DNA from: Sedimenticolaceae bacterium
Lineage (GTDB): Bacteria; Pseudomonadota; Gammaproteobacteria; Chromatiales; Chromatiaceae
Assembly: GCA_965223815.1 (NCBI GenBank)
Contig: OZ245019.1
Span: forward strand, 1,667,804-1,731,803
DNA: 64,000 bases
Reading direction: 5' to 3'
Made by a program: the position numbers and the translations under genes. Within the stretch, counting starts at the first letter, position 1. The number at the start of each line of letters is the position of its first letter. The notes under the pieces are model-generated. The model was not told where the DNA came from. It saw nothing but the letters and a program-made list of their open reading frames with translations, and searched no databases. Of the stretch, positions 10,237 through 19,655 are shown in pieces.

Positions 10237-10871
10237 ATTTTTCATATCGGATCAATATATCTTGGGTTTCTGAGTAGCTCTAGAGAAATATGCTTGTCAT
10301 TGATAATCGGTGCTAATATTTCTATTCTTAATCTCCCGTTGAGCTTAGAGCCATTTATTTTATGGATCCTGCGAGCCGATATGGTCCGGAAGTTCTGCTG
10401 ATCTTTGTTGGATCAAGTAGTGATGCCGAAGAATGTGCCGGTGCCGTTGTCGCATTGGAAAATGAACTTCAGTCACAGCTCGATGTGGCACGACGATTGA
10501 ATTCAGATATTCCTTATACTCGACTCAAAGTCTGGTGCTGGATTAACGATCTTGCCCCGGCAGTGGGAGGACAAGCATCGCTTGTCACACCAGAATTGGA
10601 TCGGGCAGATATTGCTGTTTTTGTTTTTAAGGAGCGTGTGGGTAAGGGGACTTGGGAGGAGCTGACCTATATTCGTAAACAGCGACCGACGATTCCCACA
10701 CTAGTGTTTTTCCCCGAGCAACCTCCAGACTTGGACAAGATTTGTGAATTACAGTTCGCGGAGGAGTGGGTGGAGATGCTGAAGAAAAAGGCAGATCTTA
10801 CTACCAATTGGATGGATCCACTCACGAACTGTGTCTCGCCGCTTCCAAACTATAAGGACAGGGCACACTTA

Positions 10872-11679
10872 GGGCCTGTTAACACTAATTTTGATAAAAT
10901 CATCGGATGAAAATCACATCCGAAGAATTCAAACTCATCAAAGAATTGCTGCCAAAACAAAGGGGTAATGTCACCGTATCGAACCTGCACGTGCTTAACG
11001 CAGTTTTGTATGTAGCGGAACAAGGCTGCAAATGGCGGGCGTTACCGAAGAAATTCGGCAACTGGCACACGATTTATACGCGAATGAACCGATGGGCCAA
11101 GCAAGGTGTTTTGGATGATGTCTTCTCGGAGCTGCAAGCCAACGACATCATCAACATTCAGGTTGAGCATGTTTCAGTAGACAGCACCGCCATGAAAGTG
11201 CATCCAGACGGTACGGGCGCGTTAAAAAAAACGGCCCGCAAGCGATCGGTAAATCGCGAGCCGGATGGACAACTAAGATTCATATGGTAGCGGCGAATGA
11301 AAGGACCGCGGTTACGTTCTCGCTGTCGCCCGGTCAGGCGGGCGATGCGCCGGAAGGCAGAAAACTATTGAAATCCCTTGAGAATCAAGGTTGGGAAGGA
11401 ACTCACGTGATCATGGACCGAGCCTACGAAGGCGACGAGACACTACAGTTGGTGCTGGACCTGGAAATGATTCCGGTAGTGCCTCCCAAGAGCAACCGTC
11501 TGACAAAATGGGACTATGACAAAGCGTTGTACAAAAAGCGCAATGAGGTCGAACGCCTCTTTCGACGGCTAAAAGGTTTTCGCCGAATCTTTTCCCGTTT
11601 CGATAAGTTGGATGTTGTCTTCTTGTTCTTTATTAACTTCGCGTTGATTACCGATACGCTGATTAGTGTTAACAGGCCC
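10872..11679 (+). mobile_element. IS5-family (IS427-group-like) insertion sequence, 808 bp, inserted in the STAND gene
   Basis: 18-bp perfect terminal inverted repeats GGGCCTGTTAACACTAAT (10872-10889 and reverse complement 11662-11679), flanked by a TA duplication (10870-71 and 11680-81) within a TTAG/CTAG-like target. Confidence 0.9.
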
Positions 11680-11682
11680 TAG
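10907..11682 (+). CDS. IS5-family transposase made from orfA/orfB by a programmed -1 frameshift
   Basis: The two overlapping ORFs are 10907-11290 and 11284-11682. Slipping -1 on the A8 run gives ...ALKKNGPQAIGKSR.GWTTKIHMVAA..., the conserved IS5 junction. The DDE C-terminal motif is present (MDRAYEGDE, KRNEVERLFRRLKGFRRIFSRFDK). Confidence 0.85.
11224..11231 (+). promoter_or_regulatory. Slippery A8 tract, the predicted -1 ribosomal frameshift site of the IS5 transposase
   Basis: TTAAAAAAAAC lies in the orfA/orfB overlap region, and only the -1 frame restores the conserved transposase sequence. Confidence 0.7.
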
Positions 11683-14531
11683 AAGAACTGGTGCGAGAAC
11701 GATTGAATGCTGCTTTGGTAGACCGATTGACTGCGTTGACGAGAGCAACAGCACCCAATGTAGGAAGTACCACACTTCGATGGATGCCCTCGGAATTGAA
11801 TTCGCTGCAACCGGCGCCGCACTTCGAAGGACGCAGTAACTTGCTCTCTGAACTCTGTGGTTGGGTGTCATCAAGAGATGATCCGGTGCGAGTTGTGGGG
11901 TTGGTAGCCGCTGGGGGCACCGGAAAGACCGCGCTAATTGAGCGGGTTGTTAGTTCATTTGATAAGTTCCGTGATGCAGGGACATTTATTTGGTCCTTCT
12001 ATGAGGATCCACAGACAGATTCATTTCTACGCTCCGCGTGCGACTATTTCCGACTTACACATAGAGATGGTGGTGGCTTGCTTGAACATCTTCAAAGAGG
12101 CCTAGGTAGCGATGGACCAGCGCATCTGTTTGTTCTTGATGGTCTCGAAGTTATGCAAGCAAGCGGTGTGGGTGGCGAGATTCGCGGCGCTTTGGAGGAT
12201 CCGTTGTTGAAACGTTTTCTCCGTTGGCTTGCATCTGGAAGAGGCACCAACGCTAAGGCCCTGGTTACCACAAGATTCCCCCTGGTCGACCTTAAGGATT
12301 GGGAGAAGAACAGAGGATATCGTGCAATAGAATTAGGTGACTTAGAGGCGACTGCAGCACGAGCTGTATTGCGTAATTGGGGCGTTAAAGGCGATGACCG
12401 GAAGTTGAATAATTTGATCGATCGTGTTCACGGCCACGCCCTCACAGTCGATGTTTTAGGATCTTATCTTAGTACTTTTCACGGGGGCGACCCCTCTAAA
12501 GCACCTAGATTTGACCCAGTTTTTCTGGCGGATACTGACCCCAAAACGGCTAAGTTAGTGTCCATTTTGACAAGCTATGCGGAGAAATTATCAGCCCGGG
12601 AACGAGATCTCATCGCACGGTTATCAATATTTCCGAGAGGTATTAGCGTAGATAACCTTCAAAATATCGCCAATCGTGGTAGCGAGGTGGGTGGGAGCCT
12701 CAGCGGTTGCGACGACGACGATCTCAGAAAGCTGTTGCAACGCCTCGTACAACTCGGTCTGGTCTTCAGATACGAAACAGCGGTTGATGGTATGTTCAGT
12801 GCCCATCCTTTTCTCCGAACGCACTTTTCGAAGTTGCTCGGAAAGCATCCCACTGAATTTCACGCCGCATTGCGTGACATTTTTGCCCAAGGACTTCACG
12901 AGCAGCCTCGTTCGAAACCTCAAGAGCCCAAAGAACTCGACCGCTACGAACGGCTTATCGAAATCACTCGGCTGGCTGGATGGTTACCGCGAGCCTTTGC
13001 CCTTTACAATAATGCTCTTGGGGGTTATCAGCGAATAATTGATTTAGGTGAATCCTCTCGCGGCTTACGAATTGTATCTTCGTTTTCCGAAACGGGTAAT
13101 CCCCGCGATATACCGATATTTAGGGGTATTGAGATATTGCTTCGCGACTGGGGAATATACTCCGAGGTTCTGGGGGATCTATACACTGCTCGCCGTATAA
13201 ACGAGTTGTTGGCAGGACTCAATGGAGAGAGTAACAAACTCAGAAAGGCTATCGAGTGTTGGCTCGCTCTTGCGCGCATATCCCAACTGTCGGGTGCTTG
13301 GCCTGAATCACGCAGGGCCGCTACTACCGCTTTGGAAATCGCACCCCGCTCCAAGACGGAATTTTATCGGGCTCGAGCTCACAGCTACCTAGGAACTGCC
13401 GCGGTTGCGACTGGAAGCCTGGAGGATGCGGTGTGGGAATTTGACGCTGCCGAACAACTGGAAACTGAGCCGCAGCTGGTGGGCCGTGCCGGTTTGGTAC
13501 AGGCTGAAACCAGGCTACAGCAGGGCCAATCAATGGCTGCAGCGAAACAGACTGAAACGAATATCGTTTTTTTGGAAAACTCCAAGATTGGACACAGCGA
13601 TCTGGTTGCCCGGTGCCATGCGCTGTTGGGACGCTGCGTACTACCTGCCAATATTTCAAAGGCACGAGAACACCTGGATAAAGCGTACGAGTATACAAAC
13701 AAGGTTGGTAGCGTAGAGATTGAGCTTCGTTGTCGCCATCTTGCTGCTGAAATAGCACGATATGAAAAAAACTATCCCGCCGCTATCTCCGAAGCAATTG
13801 AAGGTATACAACTTGCCGATTCTCACAAATTCGGAAGGTGGTCTGTCGATCTGCGCCTTGAACTGGCTCAATCCTTTGTTTCATCGAATCAAGAGAGTGG
13901 AGCACTTGAACCGGCAAATTGGGTGATAGAGAATTCGAGACGTCCTGAGTCTCAGTATATCTGGGGAGTTGCAGACGGCCTTCATCTTCTAGGCATGGCT
14001 CTAGCAAAGCATAATAGAGGGAGCCAAAGGGAATCTGCTCGAACTTTTCTGGTTCAAGCAATTGAAATACGCAAGAAGTTGCAGCACCCAAAGCTGGAAG
14101 AAACACTGTCTGCTTTTGATAAAATTAGATAAATACTCAACAAACAAACTCCTCAGGGCAACCTAGTTGATACAGCGCTTGCTGGCATTGAGCTTCGCTA
14201 CCGTACTCTTCGAGAATGCCGTGCAATCCGAGATTTTCTTGAAACTAGACTATATTTTTCGGCATGATGGAAAACCTCCTGTATTGTGCCGATTCCATTA
14301 TGCAAACTCCACAGGCTCAGTAGCTGAGTCTCATCGGTAATCAGGAAGATACTAAACACTATCCTGGTATGCGAGGTCATATATGGCTGAGGACAAGAGT
14401 AAAAATATTTGGCCAATGCTGTGATCCAAGCGTCAAAACTTCCCGTATCGTCTCTTAGGTAAAAACAAAATGTACAGCAAAGCGTAATATGGCTACCTTG
14501 GGGAAGGTGGCCACAATATAGGAGATGGGAA

Positions 14532-14666
14532 ATGAGCATCAAACTATCTAACGGTGAGACGATTGAGGTAGCACGAGTTGGACGATGGTTTCTCTACGGC
14601 TTTGTAGGAGCATTGCTGGTCACAAATCTCAGGGGAATAGCGGGCATGGTCTACTCGGTCATTTGA
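14532..14666 (+). CDS. Hypothetical 44-aa small membrane protein
   Basis: The ATG is preceded by GGAG. The sequence MSIKLSNGETIEVARVGRWFLYGFVGALLVTNLRGIAGMVYSVI contains one hydrophobic helix. No family was recognised. Confidence 0.2.
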   Translation: MSIKLSNGETIEVARVGRWFLYGFVGALLVTNLRGIAGMVYSVI

Positions 14667-15021
14667 TTACCAAACCCAGCTTCTCAGAACTTAAGAGAGA
14701 TTATTTGTGAATGGAATGTTACAGTGGGTTTCTGGCTATAATCGGCTGACGGCCGATGTAAATCGCGCCGGTTCTATCCGCTGAGTCAGTATCGACCGCT
14801 CACCTCTGTGAGCAGCGAAAGGGCATCAGTGTGGCCGGGGGTAATTGGCTCGCTTAACTACCTTGAATTGGTATTACAACGAACCTGAGCTGTTTGAGCT
14901 CAGGCGATACCAGTTGTGATCAAAACAATTTCAGTTTCATAGAACACGCAAATTGGAACATTCCAGTTTCTGTATAACCTAACTTTTGAGTACCGCAGCA
15001 ATTGCTACGCCCCTTCCCAAG

Positions 15022-15705
15022 TTAACCTAAACCACACGCAAGATTTGCAGGTACCGCGACATCCATTAGTCGAGGATTATCCAATTCCAGGCTGTTCATC
15101 AGGTCAATATACTGCGACTTACTTTCTACCTGTAGGCGTGGATTGAAGCGTCTCTCCTCATCGATTGAGCTTACCGTCATTCCGTTGTAGTCATGAGCAG
15201 GGTATACCAGGGTCTCGGGGGGGAGAGTCAATAGTTTTTGAGTCAAACTGTCGTATTGGGCTCCCGGGTCACCGTTTTGAAAGTCGGTCCTTCCCGTACC
15301 TCGGATAAGCAACGTGTCACCCGTGAATACCCGATCAGGCAGCACAAGGCTGTATGAATCGTCGGTGTGCCCCGGGGTGTAGAGAACTCTAATGGTTAGT
15401 CCATCGATCCTAAGGTTCTCCTCTTCCCTGAAAACCAGATTGACGCACTCGGCTTTCGACATCTCTCCCATGGCCGCGGCGCAGCCTACCCGCTCGCGCA
15501 GTTCTCCAAGGGCTGTAATATGGTCGGCATGTATATGGGTGTCCACCGCGAGCACCAGTTTCAAGCCCAGTTCATCTATGAGCTTGACGTAACGCTTGCT
15601 ATGCTCCAAAACAGGGTCAATGAGCAGAGCCTCGCGGCCTTTACCCGCGGCAAGCAGGTAAGTGTAGGTTGACGATTCGTGGTCGTATAATTGACGAAAA
15701 ATCAT
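15022..15705 (-). CDS. MBL-fold persulfide (sulfur) dioxygenase, ETHE1-like
   Basis: 227-aa ORF with FRQLYDHESSTYTYLL, the metal motif THIHADH, and PGHTDDS. This is a typical ETHE1/PDO layout, and a rhodanese gene is next to it. Confidence 0.8.
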   Translation of the reverse strand: MIFRQLYDHESSTYTYLLAAGKGREALLIDPVLEHSKRYVKLIDELGLKLVLAVDTHIHADHITALGELRERVGCAAAMGEMSKAECVNLVFREEENLRIDGLTIRVLYTPGHTDDSYSLVLPDRVFTGDTLLIRGTGRTDFQNGDPGAQYDSLTQKLLTLPPETLVYPAHDYNGMTVSSIDEERRFNPRLQVESKSQYIDLMNSLELDNPRLMDVAVPANLACGLG

Positions 15706-15898
15706 GATTAGCAGCCACCTCTGTTTTTCAGTATATCCTCTAGTCAGGCTATCTCTCCTCCTACAGCCTGAAGTCGATGAAACAAATCTACCAGAAGATT
15801 TCCTTGATTACCCTGAAGCCTAGTAGGTCGGTCTCAGCTTCATCACCGCAAACAAAGGTGCTAATCCGTTAAACATGGTGTATATCGAATCTGCTCAA

Positions 15899-16483
15899 TC
15901 AAGCAGTTGTTCGATTCACACTCGGGTGATCGCCATTCCCCACTCGATGGTTCCATGGTAGTCGAGAAATGACTCGAGTCAGACCGTGCCAGTGGGTCAC
16001 CCCAGCGGTAATAAGGCCAGCTCCGATAAAGGCGAGAAAGAGGAAGAAAAGTTCGTGCACGGTAAAACCAAACACCACCTTCAGGAGGATTATGAATCCG
16101 ATGAAGATCTGTAGCTGGCGCTCTAACGATATACCGCCGTGGTGGCGCTGAACAGGTAGCCCCGCTTTCTCCCAAGCTTCCGTGCCGCCATTCAGGAGCG
16201 TGAGGTTGTTATAACCGGCAGCACGCAGTTTTTCCGCAGCCTGCTGGGCACGTAAACCCGAGTAGCACGTTAGGTAAAGTGGGTCTTCAGTGCCGCAGCC
16301 GGGTGACCCAATGCGCTTTACCAGGTCCGAGCTATCCAACTCTTCCAACGGTAGGGATATGGCGCCATCCACATGCAGGGATTTGTACTCCGCCGGGGAA
16401 CGCACATCGACTAGGTTAACGGATGTCGAACTCATACGATAATGCAAGTTCGCGGGAGTAATGTTAAGAAAACGGTCGCTCAT
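15899..16483 (-). CDS. Rhodanese-domain protein with a C-terminal DUF2892-like membrane anchor (YgaP-like)
   Basis: The rhodanese fold is indicated by LVDVRSPAEY and the active-site loop CYSGLRA, followed by two C-terminal TM helices. The start was chosen at MSDRFLN because a GAGGTG RBS lies 6 nt upstream. The maximal ORF extends to 16516. Confidence 0.75.
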   Translation of the reverse strand: MSDRFLNITPANLHYRMSSTSVNLVDVRSPAEYKSLHVDGAISLPLEELDSSDLVKRIGSPGCGTEDPLYLTCYSGLRAQQAAEKLRAAGYNNLTLLNGGTEAWEKAGLPVQRHHGGISLERQLQIFIGFIILLKVVFGFTVHELFFLFLAFIGAGLITAGVTHWHGLTRVISRLPWNHRVGNGDHPSVNRTTA

Positions 16484-16707
16484 TCGTTCACCTCTATGTT
16501 TTTTTGCATCGCTCATAATCTAAGGATTGTGACCGTTGTCATCAATAGCTGGATTACTCGAATTGAAGGCGCATAAAGCTCGAATTTAACGAGCTGTTTT
16601 TCGGTCTCCTAATAGGGCGAGTAGTCACAGTGACTGGTATACCGAAGGGTTGGCGTAGTGGAACCAACGTGCTTTGAATTAATACCTGCACCCCCTCGAG
16701 AAAAGCC

Positions 16708-18030
16708 TCAGACCACCAGCGAGTAACAGAGACCCATGGCGGCGCTCAGCAGGATGACCTGGACAATTCCCAGCTCGAACTTGAACAAGGCGACGAAGGC
16801 CCCGATCCCGAGCACAGCCGAGAACCACTGGAAGGGTGATTCGAAACCATCTGGCCACAGCACGTGGTAGGCAAAAAACAGCGCGAGGTTAAGAATGACC
16901 CCCACCACCGCGGCGGTGATGCTCGTCAAGGGTGCGGTGAGTTTCACTTCGTTCCGGGTTGCTTCGACGGCGGGCCCGCCGAGCAGAATGAAGAGAAAAG
17001 AGGGAATGAAGGTAAATATCGTGGCAACACTGGCGCCGACAACGCCCGCGAGCAGGAGTGATTCCGGCCCGAAGACCTCTTTGCTCCAGCCGCCGACAAA
17101 ACCGACGAAGGCAACCACCATGATCAGCGGTCCCGGTGTGGTTTCGCCCAATGCCAGTCCATCGATCATCTGCGGCCCCGTAAGCCAGGCAAATTCCTCG
17201 ACGCCTCCCTGGTATACGTAGGGCAGCACTGCATAGGCGCCGCCGAAAGTGACCAAGGCCGCCTTGCTGAAGAACCAACCCATTTGCGAAAGTGTGCTCT
17301 CCCATCCCTGAGTTGCAATTAGCAGCGTCATGAGCGCTGCCCAGAGAGAGACACCGATCAGGGAGACTACGAGAAAACGATACCATGTAAATTTTGCGTG
17401 ATCGGGAATTGGGGTGTTGTCATCAATGACCGCTGGTCCATAAGCGGCGTGAGAATGCCCTTGTTCTCCCGATGCCGCAAACCAGCTGGGAGCAAATTGG
17501 GAACCGATATAACCCAGCGCTGCGGCTGCTATCACGATGTAGGGAAAGGGCACATGAAAAAGGGTGATGGCAAGAAAAGCGAGCAGAGCCAAGAGGCGCA
17601 GCGGATTGTTTTTCAGCGCTTTGGAACCGATCCGATAGGCGGCGAATAGGACAATGGCGGTAACAGCGGGTTTGACGCCATAAAGTACCCCTTCCACAGC
17701 CCAGGTCTCGCCGAATACCAGGTAAACCCAGGTGAGGCCAATAAGTATCAGCAAAGAGGGAAGCACAAAAAGTGTGCCGGCAACCAGGCCTCCCCAAACG
17801 CCATTGAAAAGCCAACCGATGTAAGTAGCCAATTGCTGTGCCTCCGGGCCCGGTAGCACCATGGTGTAGTTCAGGGCATGCAAAAACCGGCTTTCGGAGA
17901 TCCAGCGCCGTCGCTCTACCAATTCCTGGTGCATCATGCTGATTTGGCCAGCAGGTCCGCCAAAACTGAGAAAGCCCAGTTTCAGCCAGAATAGCAGAGC
18001 CTCCCGAAACTCGACTTTCTGTACTGTCAT
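16708..18030 (-). CDS. chrA: ChrA-family (chromate ion transporter, CHR) membrane protein
   Basis: Two CHR repeats are present (FLSFGGPAGQISMMHQELVERRRWI and VTFGGAYAVLPYV). The maximal ORF runs to 18171 and the likely start is MTVQKVEF at 18030. Confidence 0.8.
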   Translation of the reverse strand: MTVQKVEFREALLFWLKLGFLSFGGPAGQISMMHQELVERRRWISESRFLHALNYTMVLPGPEAQQLATYIGWLFNGVWGGLVAGTLFVLPSLLILIGLTWVYLVFGETWAVEGVLYGVKPAVTAIVLFAAYRIGSKALKNNPLRLLALLAFLAITLFHVPFPYIVIAAAALGYIGSQFAPSWFAASGEQGHSHAAYGPAVIDDNTPIPDHAKFTWYRFLVVSLIGVSLWAALMTLLIATQGWESTLSQMGWFFSKAALVTFGGAYAVLPYVYQGGVEEFAWLTGPQMIDGLALGETTPGPLIMVVAFVGFVGGWSKEVFGPESLLLAGVVGASVATIFTFIPSFLFILLGGPAVEATRNEVKLTAPLTSITAAVVGVILNLALFFAYHVLWPDGFESPFQWFSAVLGIGAFVALFKFELGIVQVILLSAAMGLCYSLVV

Positions 18031-18432
18031 CTGTTTCGCGGTCTCGGCTGGCGGCGGATCAACTTCCAAAATCTTCTCCCTTCTCAAGCTCAGCTGGTCG
18101 CCTGATCGCTTTTCCGTTACCCGACGAAAATGCTCTTCCCAGAAGCGGCGCGAAGGACCGGCCCTCATCACCGTCCAGTGAGGCGACCCAAATTAGCATG
18201 AACCAGACCTGGTTATACGCCGTATAACCACGCAAGACGATGTGTCTCTTGCCCCACACAAAGCGTTACGTAATCAGAGACCAATCGGATTTTTCTCCGG
18301 GGGCTGTACCCGTAAAATCGAAAAATTCGAGCAATCACCATCGAATAATCGAATTTAATTTAGATTTTTTGTACGTATTTAGACAAACCAAGAGGCTGAA
18401 GCTTTCTGAACCCGGATACAGGAGAAAATGAA

Positions 18433-18588
18433 ATGGATGCAAGCGAAATTGTGCTGTTATCGATCCCCGCTGCTTTGGCAGTGGCAAAGCTGGCATTGAT
18501 TGCCTTCGCAGTGACTTGGGCGGTCAAGGGTACGCTACACCCGGTGAAAACCAAGCGTCTTCAGCACGAAATAGCACGGGAGCTCTGA
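18433..18588 (+). CDS. Hypothetical 51-aa single-TM protein immediately upstream of mrpE
   Basis: GGAG RBS at 18421, sequence MDASEIVLLSIPAALAVAKLALIAFAVTWAVKG..., and a stop 1 nt before the mrpE TTG start. It is too short for the ORF track. Confidence 0.35.
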   Translation: MDASEIVLLSIPAALAVAKLALIAFAVTWAVKGTLHPVKTKRLQHEIAREL

Positions 18589-18589
18589 C

Positions 18590-19102
18590 TTGCACTCAAC
18601 AGGACTGCCGGTGTGGAAGCTGATCGGAGCGCGCCCATTCGCGATTAACTTTACAGCCATGGCTGGGGTTTGGTTGGTACTCACCGAAGCCAACCCCGAT
18701 TCGATGTGGATAGGAATACCTTCGGTGACTGCAGCGGCTTGGTACTTGTCGAAAAGTGCAAACTCGCGGGAGGTGAGGATCTCCTTAACCGGGTTGCTGC
18801 GCTTTACCCTCTTTTTCCTCTGGGAGTCTCTGCGCGGAGGGCTTGACGTGGCGAAGCGCACGCTCTCCCCACGCTTGGCAATAAATCCCGATTTCAAAAA
18901 GTTTCGCACCTGCTTGCGGATCACAGGAGCGCGCACACTGTTCGCCAATAGCGTTTGCCTGCTTCCAGGCACCTTGGTGGCCGCAATTGATGATGATCAG
19001 TTGTGGATACACGTGTTGGATAAAGAAGCCGACCCCGAGGTGGATCTTCGGCGACTGGAACGCGCTGTGAAATGGGTCTATCCCACTGCAGCCAATAGAT
19101 AA
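18590..19102 (+). CDS. mrpE: Mrp/Mnh/Pha antiporter subunit E
   Basis: 170-aa ORF with an MnhE-like sequence (FLWESLRGGLDVAKRTLSPR, LPGTLVAAIDDDQLWIHVLD). It has a TTG start. Confidence 0.8.
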   Translation: MHSTGLPVWKLIGARPFAINFTAMAGVWLVLTEANPDSMWIGIPSVTAAAWYLSKSANSREVRISLTGLLRFTLFFLWESLRGGLDVAKRTLSPRLAINPDFKKFRTCLRITGARTLFANSVCLLPGTLVAAIDDDQLWIHVLDKEADPEVDLRRLERAVKWVYPTAANR

Positions 19103-19117
19103 CCGGAGATCTCTCAA

Positions 19118-19381
19118 ATGAATGGCAATCTACTGCTACTACTCTGCTTGCTGGTACTCATGCTGACACTCGCTACGGGGATGCTGAGGGCTGTCAAAGG
19201 CCCAACGCTCCAGGATCGGATGGTGTCGGTGCAGCTAGTCGGCACTGGAGGGGTCGCGGTATTACTGTTGCTTACCCGACTTATGGATGCGCCGGCGCTG
19301 CAAAATGTAGCGCTGTTGCTGGCAATGCTCGCCGCAGTTGCTGCCGCTGCCCTCACAATAAGGAGAGCAGCCGATGGTTGA
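19118..19381 (+). CDS. mrpF: Mrp antiporter subunit F
   Basis: 87-aa, 3-TM protein with RAVKGPTLQDRMVSVQL, typical of MnhF/PhaF. Confidence 0.8.
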   Translation: MNGNLLLLLCLLVLMLTLATGMLRAVKGPTLQDRMVSVQLVGTGGVAVLLLLTRLMDAPALQNVALLLAMLAAVAAAALTIRRAADG

Positions 19382-19655
19382 CCTGATCGCCAGTCTGCTG
19401 CTGATCAGCGGTCTCGGATTCTTCGCTGCTGGAAGCATAGGTCTGCTGCGGCTGCCGGATCTTCACTCGCGGCTTCATGCGCTGACCAAAGCCGATAATG
19501 TGGGTCTCGGTTTTCTATGTGCAGGGCTTGCACTGATGGAGGGAACTTTGCTGACAGCTGTGCAGCTGTTCCTGATTTGGCTGCTGGTTATGGGCTCCAG
19601 TGCATCTACCGCCCACCTCATTGCCTCCCAAGCGTTCAGAAGAGGTGAGGGATGA
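19374..19655 (+). CDS. mrpG: Mrp antiporter subunit G
   Basis: 93-aa ORF with GSIGLLRLPDLHSRLHALTKADNVG, the MnhG signature. An AGGAGA RBS is present. Confidence 0.85.
   Translation: MVDLIASLLLISGLGFFAAGSIGLLRLPDLHSRLHALTKADNVGLGFLCAGLALMEGTLLTAVQLFLIWLLVMGSSASTAHLIASQAFRRGEG

Larger units (their letters stand above)
10362..14132 (+). pseudogene. NB-ARC/AP-ATPase-type STAND NTPase with C-terminal TPR-like repeats and a possible TIR/DUF4062-like N-terminal domain, interrupted by an IS5-family element
   Basis: The fragments are 10362-10871 (170 codons before the IS) and 11682-14132. Removing 10872-11681 (IS plus one TA copy) joins ...RAHL|EELVRERLNAAL... in frame, giving about 987 aa. Motifs seen are Walker A AAGGTGKT (11907-11930), Walker B HLFVLDGLE, an hhhTTR motif LVTTRF, a GLPL-like GHALTVDVLGSYL, and a helical-repeat C-terminus. 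Confidence 0.8.

Noticed and set aside
14198-14542. 114-aa minus-strand ORF downstream of the STAND gene
   Set aside because: It has an odd Cys/His/Phe-rich composition, no RBS or motif that I can see, and lies in an AT-richer spacer. There is not enough support to call a gene.
16889-17815. Several 100-165-aa ORFs in other frames or on the other strand within chrA
   Set aside because: They are Arg/Gly/Cys-rich translations embedded in a well-supported CHR transporter gene and are shadow ORFs.
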